DNA of 64,000 nt from an uncultured Clostridia bacterium (GTDB lineage: Bacteria; Bacillota; Clostridia; Christensenellales; UBA1242), in NCBI GenBank assembly GCA_944372355.1, contig CALVYS010000001.1:32681-96680 (forward strand), written 5' to 3'. A program made the position numbers and the translations under genes. Positions 17,801-25,080 of the stretch are shown here, piece by piece. Positions within the stretch are counted from its first letter, which is position 1. Each line of letters opens with the position of its first letter. The notes under the pieces are model-generated. The model saw only the letters and a list, made by a program, of their open reading frames with translations. It was not told the origin of the DNA and did not search any database.

Positions 17801-20621
17801 TTGTTGAAGCATAAAAGCTGGAATCAGAAGCCAGATAATGAACAGAGAATGAAAATTGAATGCTCATGCTGTTTACAGCGTCAGTGGTGGAGTAGACGTC
17901 TGCGGTTCGATCTTTAAAGGCAATTGTGTCATCGATTTCGCAAAGATAGTAGCAGCCGCTTCTTCCATAAGATGCGTTCAAATTGATTTGCTGAACATCA
18001 CCTTGTGAAATAAAACTTTGCATAATTTCCAAAAGTGAGTTGCGTCCATCATTTGCTGTGTCATCTTCTTCGTCGCCATTGACATTTGTAATGAAATCGC
18101 CTGTTGTTAGTGTTTCCAATGACGCGCCCTCTGCCAGGCTGATCCTGATCCCTTTGTAGTCACCCCAATAGATAGTTGCGTCGGAGGTGAGGGTGTGATT
18201 GGAGCTGGTCAGAACGTCATAGCCATTTGAAGTGCTTATTGCAAAGTAAGGAGAGGAGTCATCTAAGAACACGAATGCGGCATTGCTGTTTCCAGCCTCG
18301 TCGAAAACTTGGAAGATGTAAAGTCCTGCGCTCTCTTTCAAATAGTTTGCTGGGATTGATGTGCTTGGGTGAGCGCCTGCATTGTCGTAAGTTTGCCACT
18401 CAGGATTTACTGACAAGTCCAGCATTCTGTCAGCGCCAAGGAAGGAGGAGGAATAACTTAAAGTTGATGAAATCAAACCTCCCAAAGCCGTGACATTGTA
18501 ATAATCATATGTGTTTAGTGGATAGTAACGCACAAAGCCACGAGTTGTAGCGCCACTGGCTTTTTGGTTTTGCCAGGTGAAGACGAATGCCTCGTTGGTT
18601 GCCGAACCCAATTGGTTTACAAGGGTCAAGTTGCTTGACGAGGTGGAAGTTGTCACAGAATAGGCTTGCAAGTTTTGAATTGGCGTGGTGTCGATTGTGA
18701 AAGTTCGTGTGATTGGAGTCTCTTGCATGGCGTTTTTGCCGTAGTAAATGCGAAGAGTGTAGGCTCCGTCTTCTTCGATGGTTGTCTCAGTTTCTCCATT
18801 GTTGAAAAGATAGCGTTCTGCTCCCACTGAGCCGGTGTTGAAGTCGCGCCTTGTCAGAGTCACATAAACAGGCGAGTTGAACGCGTTGTCTTCGTTTGAG
18901 AATGCGATCGTCACATCTTGATTGGTGTATTGGCCGGAATAAAGGGTCGTGCCGCCTGTTTCAACAGTCACCTCAGGTGTGGTCTTTGAAATTTCAAAAT
19001 AGAAATATTGATAGAAAGGTGTGGTAGTTTCAAGAATGCCTGATGAATTTGTGTAGTTTGAAAAGTTGTAGCTTAGACGTATCAAGTAAACTCCATCATC
19101 ACTCAAATTTCTTGTTGCTGAAATAGCCTCTCCGCTGTCCCAGGTGTCGCCTGTTTTAGTAAAAAGCGTTGCAGAAACGTTGTTTGCATAAGTTGAAAGT
19201 CTGACTGGCGTTTGGTTGGTTTTGACAGGGTCATTAGAAGTCAGATAATCGTTCAATGCGTCGTCTGTTTCAGGGGCCCATTCGCCTAACGAGGTTCCCA
19301 AAGCCTTTGTGATGTCGGCGGCAGCAGAGATTTCCACTCTGTTTTCAGCAGAGGAGATGGATTTGAATTCTGCAAAATCGTTGAGTTCATAGTCCGTGTA
19401 GAAAATCTGCGCACCGTAAATATAAAATTTTTGATCCAAAACAGTGTGAGAAAGTTCATAAACGTCTGAACCGATGGTGTAGATGAGTTCGATGTCGATG
19501 TTGTAAAGGCCAAGGTCGTTGAAATAGATTTTTATTTCGTCGTCCATCACATCATCGGTGTTTTGATCAAGATAAACTGCACTGTTGACAAAACTTGGCA
19601 CATTGAAGGTGTTTTCGGTTGGGTCAAAAGTGATGGTTTGCGTTGCAGAAGAGTTGTTCAAAGATTTTGTGATTGTCAATCTGTAAAGGCGAGGGTTGTA
19701 AGTTATGTAAGGCAGCTCGTTTGTTGCACTTGAACCCTTTTGTGAAGCATTGTAAAAGTAGTTCCATCTGTGGTTTGAGGATTCGCTTTGTGTCTGCTCG
19801 GTGTTGTTCACATTATAGCCAAAGTTTGGAGATGTGAGGTCGGAACCGTTGAAATAGGTTGCGGTTTCGAGCATGAAGATGCTGTAATCAAAAGTTTGGC
19901 CGGTTATGATGGAGTAAGTTTCCACAGCTTCGGCTGCGCCTGTTGAAGTGCTGGCAGGCGTCAATGTGACATCGTAAAGATCATATGTCACAACAACGCG
20001 GAATAAGCCCTCTTCATGCAAAGTGAGTTTGGCATGGCCGTCGTTTCCAGAGGCTGTAATGGTTGATTCTTCCGACGTAGTGTCTAATTCCACTTGAAAA
20101 TCCAAAGTTTCAGGGAAAAAGTTTGCATCAAAGATGGAAGGCACGTTTGATGCTTTGAGCAAAGCATTGACATCACTTGTTTCTGAAAGCACAAGTTCTT
20201 GCCCGTTCAAATAGAGGTTGACAGATCCGATGTTCAAATAGTAATAGTGCAGAGGGTTGATGGGCTGGCCACCATTGTCCATTCCGTCAGGATAATAGCG
20301 ATAGATGCAAGCATCGACAGTTGAATCGTTTTCATCACCAGTTTGAACCTGATCGTCTTGACTATCTCCATCTCCATCTCTGTCGGCTTGTTCAATAAAA
20401 TCAAACCTGATCGTGGCGTTTTGAGCCTGGGTGTTGAAATATATCTCCGAGCTGTGACCGCCATTATCAAAAAACACAGGAAGCTGGTTTGTGATCTCAG
20501 CTTCATTGATGGCTGCGTGCACTTCGGTTTTGCTCGTGCAAAGCATTGCTCCTGTTGTTGCCAGGCAAAATGCTGCAAGGCCGAAAACAGCGAATTTGAA
20601 AATTTGTTTAACTCTGCTCAT
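11835..20621 (-). CDS. giant (2928 aa) signal-peptide-bearing, C-terminally TM-anchored surface protein made of many divergent beta/Ig-like modules
   Basis: Single uninterrupted ORF. N-terminal signal peptide (MSRVKQIFKFAVFGLAAFCLATTGAMLCTSKTEVHA) and C-terminal TM plus basic tail (WAIAAIVIGCVAVIVAIIIIVKLRKRIKVK), with no LPXTG. T/S/N/Y/D-rich, with recurring G-x-Y-x-hydrophobic strands and D-x-AGN motifs (FQVFDEAGNSN, FVDTAGNVQVF, EQDLAGNLTIY, VDNFGNVTT). Confidence 0.85.
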   Translation of the reverse strand: MSRVKQIFKFAVFGLAAFCLATTGAMLCTSKTEVHAAINEAEITNQLPVFFDNGGHSSEIYFNTQAQNATIRFDFIEQADRDGDGDSQDDQVQTGDENDSTVDACIYRYYPDGMDNGGQPINPLHYYYLNIGSVNLYLNGQELVLSETSDVNALLKASNVPSIFDANFFPETLDFQVELDTTSEESTITASGNDGHAKLTLHEEGLFRVVVTYDLYDVTLTPASTSTGAAEAVETYSIITGQTFDYSIFMLETATYFNGSDLTSPNFGYNVNNTEQTQSESSNHRWNYFYNASQKGSSATNELPYITYNPRLYRLTITKSLNNSSATQTITFDPTENTFNVPSFVNSAVYLDQNTDDVMDDEIKIYFNDLGLYNIDIELIYTIGSDVYELSHTVLDQKFYIYGAQIFYTDYELNDFAEFKSISSAENRVEISAAADITKALGTSLGEWAPETDDALNDYLTSNDPVKTNQTPVRLSTYANNVSATLFTKTGDTWDSGEAISATRNLSDDGVYLIRLSYNFSNYTNSSGILETTTPFYQYFYFEISKTTPEVTVETGGTTLYSGQYTNQDVTIAFSNEDNAFNSPVYVTLTRRDFNTGSVGAERYLFNNGETETTIEEDGAYTLRIYYGKNAMQETPITRTFTIDTTPIQNLQAYSVTTSTSSSNLTLVNQLGSATNEAFVFTWQNQKASGATTRGFVRYYPLNTYDYYNVTALGGLISSTLSYSSSFLGADRMLDLSVNPEWQTYDNAGAHPSTSIPANYLKESAGLYIFQVFDEAGNSNAAFVFLDDSSPYFAISTSNGYDVLTSSNHTLTSDATIYWGDYKGIRISLAEGASLETLTTGDFITNVNGDEEDDTANDGRNSLLEIMQSFISQGDVQQINLNASYGRSGCYYLCEIDDTIAFKDRTADVYSTTDAVNSMSIQFSFSVHYLASDSSFYASTTTDNLYTNLLTGAMLDVTTITEQLQTADLYRIVYSDGSREFFYGVSGATTLTSLSDPSRTGRLSESGTLSIVVDGVTYDAEQQTFVDMEGEYGFMLRDESNTQGANLSALDRLTTYPSNSQYITVTGDTSLTRVVYRDSHNDSNEANTTLFTAAYSTSGVDADGGSTFKNSYYTPTALDTTLYISFVPTVNYDNGQSTQVQEVYIEFFPYQTQIVASQAVGSDQFMLSYYRTISQTPSTTIPIYSFDGTNSSTEAITEAINLSGNATREGKYVIYRTYMSGDNYTVDVFDYNERTLTMYVDRYGVITEQETVSYDPDVYTLVDSTTNAPAYTAIVYENLIVVSSTDPSYPLSGVNLTFTAYDAGNLETPVEYISTWTNNDLRYILLEGGFRFGKLAISNGTNSFETNTTPDVIDSSTLESLRLGPTLESIVGGDIFVNMYDGIDDESAVLSVTFPHRENHINSGESFYTDPNDNWSFDNPPTVIFETNKLPVKVYIPSYKYTINNSESSVGNTNEVEYSSNNNPLLSYYDQNAISASSITSYQLTAQIRFVSSETGATRTYSSSGSENGFLTFVSSDGSSLNELTEAGTYYVLITQAANASGAGTDNVFTKNYMFAFTIQSASPEFSLASNGSSLSTLDATNYYTNQKNFTASWQDANDRYIADIDKTQIQLSFSRDYDDMIVDVSDGISVSYLDGSSDVNSERIASALQFSTTNNLNNLTLNLEQAGLYENGVRVSVTMQFVGHNDNYYSKALKTVVVDKTASNEMISSLIANVSNFSNGTYQLNGTSLRTYQNIDGTNVTTPAEAAYNISASTGTFQYYSYLVDGAFLASLASQAQENSNSAGNYSGSTVNAYYRAVSDPYSGSYAETDPSSFASSNFTPLSTDASTYTQRTYYEIVEQDLAGNLTIYLVYVYGTDDGNGFVVTDPNSGSTTQYQGLQFTDDNEEKRISDAQILAQTQTEKVVAAYSSTNFNLQNLNLFGDEWLTLTISRNNSSSTYMFSPWEEGRVINMATGEYVQISSLFSGYASSESQITLTLSNRTNGSHLQIALYLINGVSLNANHSSSSEAEYLTVGTSNTAYPVSVEITSGDNSQRYSLQNDPNSLENLQNSAYNYTTAWTSNNYIEFTYESVTRTLRFSYINLPNVGDKIRYRIVDNFGNVTTLVHIFGQSSFEEVSTTSGTQIYQDIISDPAITGGEYVTSYINPTNLVYTYNRNIYIPVVEKFLDGTWITATQNQDYTTSGTDIISMTFARGTNQPQIDQRFRIRVYEVDDENPGQIDENLFVKELYLHLYEVKPELAVGEMTNALSTIRFSDHYGTNITEETLTDSSVRYLTLNGTRYRVTLSGQTFALNVTVSYEPDPTNFAYPYEVLYYKEGSMQDFEAFSSGTRFDESGVYYFLVRYAANESGERVLANEYDLYRVEILESSSEFYRVTNNGVVVDKAQNYYTYEGTEYSDYYITNVNYYTDQASVSIVPNDYQNIVVVDDIFTPISEGNGVVTRSFLVTNYTQDSVGGYVPPTGSGISPFYRIVFITYIPPTSEIVAEASYYYNTNETFNMLSSSTINAIISSTSNFDSVTIRWSKTYGISTNIIDLHVLKDGVEFPVTYRTDSNYNYVTLDRSGTYTLSFVDTAGNVQVFAYGTSSASTSQRFVFLKDVAFSMTFADAATGEQVTTDPINKGVFNGDVQLTILNMNEYYTAQSSGSGLGMIRAQRNGQDITSFNYDANTHTFTFSDPGYYTVWFVGTSVTGVDVRQQTYNFTIVNPNESRYSYEFAPYQNYYIKSVVKDNLGDITQTILNDMASENPTLGLQLQTVVVDGVTYLKELVTSYIGTGSGRYTVTIATNGNFNRSDYSLPTELTFSYWINTASVPIDISLTEGQSSSSPITVTFNAERIYQTVGECMITVAGTVFHISEETISSMGTTQFSIQATGTYFITARSMSGNLLFSYKVTKTEPLNGWAIAAIVIGCVAVIVAIIIIVKLRKRIKVK

Positions 20622-20945
20622 TTAAACACCTCTTCTGTCAAATTTTGACAAAAACATTCTAACATAATTTTGCCCAAAAACAAAATAAATATATATAATA
20701 AATTTAATATATAAATATAAAACTTTTAAATAAATTTTAATTGACATTTTTTGAATTTTAAAATTTTAAAAAATTAAAAACATTTTTATAAAGCATTTTT
20801 AAGCATAAAAAAGTGATTATTTAAGAAAAATTAATGAATTTTTCGCAATTTTTTGCATTTTTTGGCCTATTTTTTTATTTTTTTTAAATTCACATTTATT
20901 TTTATTTTCGAATAAGCATTTATTATAAGTTTTTTAGGAGGCCAA

Positions 20946-22025
20946 ATGACCATTTCTTTATGCATGATTGTCAAAGATGAGGAGGCCGTGCTTGAACGCA
21001 TTCTGTCCCAGGCCAAACGCTTTGCAGATGAAATCATCGTTGTCGACACGGGCTCGAAAGATCAAACCGAGCTTATCGCCAAACGCTATGCCGACAGGGT
21101 GGAAAAGTTTGCCTGGAATGGGGATTTCAGTCAAGCCAGAAATTTTTCCTTTTCATTTGCCACCTGCGATTACATCATGTGGTTAGATGCTGACGACTAC
21201 ATTTTGGACGAAGATATCGAAAAAATCAACAAGCTTAAAAACTCACAAATGGGCGCAGACATATATATGTTTGAATATGTTTTGACATATGAAAAAGACA
21301 TGACTCCAATTTTTAAATATATGCGTGAACGTTTGTTTAAGCGAAGCAAAAACTTCAAATGGGTGGATCCGGTTCATGAAGTGATTTGTTTGGAAGGAAG
21401 CATAGAAAAGTTGGACATAAAAATCTATCACAAAAAAGAAAAGCCGACTCTTCCAGGCAGAAACTTGAAAATCTATCGCAGGTTAAAACGAGAAAAGTGC
21501 CCGTTTTCTGCCAGACAACAATTTTATTTTGCACGAGAGCTGATGTTTAATGGATTTTACAAACAAGCCATCTCTCAGTTCAACTCCTTTTTAAAGCGAT
21601 CTGACGGTTGGGTGGAAAACAAAATTCAGGCCTGCATTGACAAAAGCCTGTGTTTTAAATCGCTTTCAAATCGTGAAGGGGAATTTAAAAGTTTGGTGGA
21701 AGCCTTTGAATATGCACCGCCAAGAAGTGAAGTCAGCTATCGTTTGGGCAACTGGTTTTTGGCAGAAAAGCGTTTAGATGAGGCGGAGTTTTGGTTTTTG
21801 TGTGCCATCGAGCATTCCATTGTTCCAGACAACGGGGCCTTTATAGAAAGGGATATGCATGACTTTTTGCCTGCATTGCAGCTTTGCTATCTTTATTATT
21901 TAAAGGGCGATGTTCAAAAGTCCTTCCATTTTCATGAAATGAGCAAACTTCTCAGGCCCAACGACAAGACGGTCAAAAATAATGAGGAATTCTTTTTAAA
22001 TCACTTTGAAAAATTGTGCAAATAA
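20946..22025 (+). CDS. family-2 glycosyltransferase with a C-terminal helical-repeat (TPR-like) region
   Basis: ISLCMIVKDEEAVLERIL...IIVVDTGSKDQT...WLDADD, i.e. GT2 DxD-type motifs. AGGAGG SD. Confidence 0.8.
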   Translation: MTISLCMIVKDEEAVLERILSQAKRFADEIIVVDTGSKDQTELIAKRYADRVEKFAWNGDFSQARNFSFSFATCDYIMWLDADDYILDEDIEKINKLKNSQMGADIYMFEYVLTYEKDMTPIFKYMRERLFKRSKNFKWVDPVHEVICLEGSIEKLDIKIYHKKEKPTLPGRNLKIYRRLKREKCPFSARQQFYFARELMFNGFYKQAISQFNSFLKRSDGWVENKIQACIDKSLCFKSLSNREGEFKSLVEAFEYAPPRSEVSYRLGNWFLAEKRLDEAEFWFLCAIEHSIVPDNGAFIERDMHDFLPALQLCYLYYLKGDVQKSFHFHEMSKLLRPNDKTVKNNEEFFLNHFEKLCK

Positions 22026-22086
22026 TCTACAATTTTCTTATACAAATTGACAAAAAATTGCAATTTTTGTAAGGAAAGGAGTTGTT

Positions 22087-23503
22087 ATGTCAAAGTTTGT
22101 TTGCGCAGTTTGCGGTTATGTTTATGAAGGTGACGTCCTTCCTGAGGATTTTGTTTGCCCTGTTTGTGGTGTGAGCAAAGAGTTTTTTTCAGAAGTTGAG
22201 CCTTCGCCGAGAGAGGAAACCGTTTTCATTGAGGTTGATGACGACAATCCAAGCATTGCGCGAGATGCATCAAAGTGTGTGTATTGTGGAAACTGCAAAT
22301 CTGTTTGCAGATTTAAGCAGGGAGTTTACGGCTACTATGACATTCAAAAAATCAAATACAAATCTGTTTGCATCGACTGCGGCCAATGCACTTTAAATTG
22401 TCCGAAAGGGGCGTTGCATATTAAAGAGGACTACAAAGAATTGCAAAAACTTTTAGATGATCACAAAAAGGTTTTTTGTGTTTCAAACTTCGCCTTCTGT
22501 CAGAGTGTCGCTTGCAGAAGAGTTCGGTCAGCAAGCGGGAAGCATCTGCACCGAAAAATTGGTTGCCATGTTGAGGTTGCTGGGTGCTGATTATGTGCTT
22601 GACACAACGTTTGGTGCTGACATGACGGTGATGGAAGAGGCCCATGAGTTTTTGCAAAGGTTTGAAAGCGGAAACAAACTGCCAATCATGACGAGTTGTT
22701 GCCCTGCTTGGGTGAAGTTTGTGGAGATATTTTATCCAAAATATATCAAAAATCTTTCCAGTGCCCGCAGTCCAATTTCTATGCAAGGCAGTTTGATAAA
22801 AACCTATTTTGCAAAAAAGATCGGGCAAGATCCTGAAAACATCGTAAGTGTTGCAGTCACCCCATGCACTGCAAAAAAAGCGGAAATCAAAAAGTTTGGA
22901 GATGTCGATTTTGTCATTCCAATCCGCGAGCTTGCAAAATGGTTTAAAGAAAAAGGGCTCAGCTATGACGCCCTTGAAAACTCACAATACGACTCTATCA
23001 TGGGAACGGGCAGCGGTGCTGGCGTGATTTTTGGCACTTCTGGCGGTGTGACCGAAGCGGTTTTAAGAACGGCGAATTTTATGCTCACGGGGAAGGACCT
23101 TGAAAACCTTGAAATCAAAGTTGTTCGAAATCTTGATGGCTTTGTTGAGGCTGAGGTGGAGCTTGCCGGCAAAACCATTTCAATCGCATCGGTGTCTGGA
23201 ACTATAAATGCGCGCAAACTTTTTGAGGAAATCGAAAAAGGAAAGCAATATGATTTGGTTGAGGTTATGGCGTGCCTTGGAGGCTGCATGGCCGGCGGAG
23301 GTCAACCGATCAATGTCCGCTTGTCTCACGAGCAAACCAGAATTGCCCGCAGCAAAGCGCTTTATCAACTCGACGAAAAATCAAGTGTGCGCTATTCTTA
23401 CAAAAATCCAGATGTCAAAGCGGTTTACGAAGAGTTTTTAAAAGATTTTGGCAGCCCTTTGCTTCACACTTCTTATCAAGACAGAAGCGAGATTTTAGGC
23501 TGA
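22087..23503 (+). pseudogene. [FeFe]-hydrogenase with N-terminal rubredoxin-like and 2x[4Fe-4S] domains, frame broken at 22465-22477
   Basis: ORF1 (22087-22590) holds CAVCG...CPVCG rubredoxin-like and two CxxCxxCxxxCP ferredoxin motifs. ORF2 (22457-23503, +1 frame) holds the H-cluster motifs TSCCPAW, TPCTAKK and MACLGGCMAGGGQP. Homology continues across the A5-GG-T6 tract (..LLDDHKK | [18 protein letters not shown]). Confidence 0.75.
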
Positions 23504-23590
23504 AAATTCACACAAGCACTTGCGAAGATCATATAATAATTTGACAAATATGTTGCAAAGTGCTATCATTAGAATATAGGAGGTTTTAAT

Positions 23591-24094
23591 ATGAAAAACA
23601 AAGCTTTGACTGCGTTTTTGGTTTCGTTGTCTTTTATCGCAGCAATGATATTGGCTGTTCCATCAGTCAACACGCCTGTGGTTTGTGCTTTTGCAGCAAT
23701 CGTGGTGGGCATGATTCCAATCTGCATCGCACTTTTTGGCATAAAAGACAAAAAACTTGCATCAAAAACATTGCAGCCATTCACTGTTTTGGGCGCTGTT
23801 GCAATTTTAAGGTTGTTTTTGGATTGCCTCTTTTTCATGATTCTCGCTGGAACGGGAGACTACAATGTGCAGGCAGCTTATCTTATCGTTCAAATAATTC
23901 TTGCTGTTTTGCTCTACGTTTTGGAAATTGTTGTGCTTGTGTTCATTTGCCTTGGCAAAGACGTGCCAGTTGTTGGCAGCTTTGCAAACAAAATTGTTGG
24001 CATTGAAGAGGCAAAAAAGGCTGAAAACAAAACTAAAAACAAAACAAACGCAACTGAGCAAGAAGAGCTGGAAGAGGGCGAAGAAAAAGAGTGA
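23591..24094 (+). CDS. hypothetical multi-TM membrane protein with a charged C-terminal tail
   Basis: AGGAGG SD, about 4 hydrophobic segments, terminator follows. No family recognised. Confidence 0.6.
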   Translation: MKNKALTAFLVSLSFIAAMILAVPSVNTPVVCAFAAIVVGMIPICIALFGIKDKKLASKTLQPFTVLGAVAILRLFLDCLFFMILAGTGDYNVQAAYLIVQIILAVLLYVLEIVVLVFICLGKDVPVVGSFANKIVGIEEAKKAENKTKNKTNATEQEELEEGEEKE

Positions 24095-24112
24095 TTTTCA
24101 TCACTCTTTTTT
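24088..24112. terminator. hairpin terminator between convergent genes
   Basis: AGAGTGAT-TTTC-ATCACTCT followed by a T-run. Confidence 0.65.
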
Positions 24113-24912
24113 CATCTTAAAAAGTTTTGTTCTTCTCTCTGCATTTGGCGGAAGCGGATTATGCTGTCAGTCAATCTGTCGAGTCGCTCTGGGTTCATTC
24201 GCTTGCCGTCAATGAGTCGTGTGTTGGTTTCCTCGTCATTGAGAGAAACTTTAAAGGTGGCTGTTTTGTCATATTGATCGGTTTTGGTCAAAAAATTGTT
24301 TAATTTTGAGTAAGCTGCTTTTGGCATGGTGGCGATATAGTCTTTTGGCAGATGCAGGCTCACCACGGTTTTAAATGGAGAGAGCAAGCTTCTTATCCTT
24401 TCAAAGCTGATCCTGTCTTTGTGAGGAAAACGTTTTGTTAATTGATCTGGGTGGTTTTCGGCAAATTCTTCGAGAAAATATGAATTGTATTCATCAAATG
24501 CAACGCCCATCGTGCCGCCCATGTCGATGATCGCAGGGCCTTGCAGTGAGCTTAACACTTCTTCCAAAAGGCGAATTTCGAATTGTTTGCGATAGCAGTG
24601 CCAGCCAACAGTTCCATAGTTTAAATCCATTTTTCTGCTGAAAGCCAAATCAAAACCCATCTGTTCGTAATTTGGAACGTTTGGAAATTTTTGGCGCAAA
24701 TCAAGCTGAGCGCTCAGGCGCTGTTTTTCCTCTTCATCTGTTTGCTCTGAAAGCATTTGTTTGAGCTCGTATAAGCTTGGAAGCCTTACAAACTCATCAA
24801 GCTCTATTCGCGGCATTCCAAGTTTTTGAGATAGATTTGAAGAGATCAAACTTTTGCAGCTGCCAACAGGGCCGGTTAAAATTATTGAATCGTTTAATAT
24901 TTTTTGTTGCAT
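24112..24912 (-). CDS. hypothetical P-loop-kinase-like protein with a degenerate Walker A
   Basis: N-terminal IILTGPVGSCKS resembles GxxxxGK[ST] but has Cys where the second Gly is expected. Otherwise unrecognised. Confidence 0.5.
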   Translation of the reverse strand: MQQKILNDSIILTGPVGSCKSLISSNLSQKLGMPRIELDEFVRLPSLYELKQMLSEQTDEEEKQRLSAQLDLRQKFPNVPNYEQMGFDLAFSRKMDLNYGTVGWHCYRKQFEIRLLEEVLSSLQGPAIIDMGGTMGVAFDEYNSYFLEEFAENHPDQLTKRFPHKDRISFERIRSLLSPFKTVVSLHLPKDYIATMPKAAYSKLNNFLTKTDQYDKTATFKVSLNDEETNTRLIDGKRMNPERLDRLTDSIIRFRQMQREEQNFLR

Positions 24913-25080
24913 TTTTGCTCCATAAAATCATTTTAACTCATTTGCTGGTCTTTTTCAAGGTTCTTGGCGAAATTTGTTGAATTTTTTTGATTTTTTAAGC
25001 CAAAATTTTGTTACGATTTTTTTATTATTTTTCTTCGAAAATTGTGTGAGGCTGTGATATAATTAACCGAAGAGGTTTTT

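Noticed and set aside
12165-20648. Many 60-115-aa ORFs in other frames or on the other strand within the giant gene (e.g. 15434-15781, 13481-13792, 20234-20578)
   Set aside because: All are nested in the 8.8-kb ORF. They have no start signals and their products look like frame-shadow translations.
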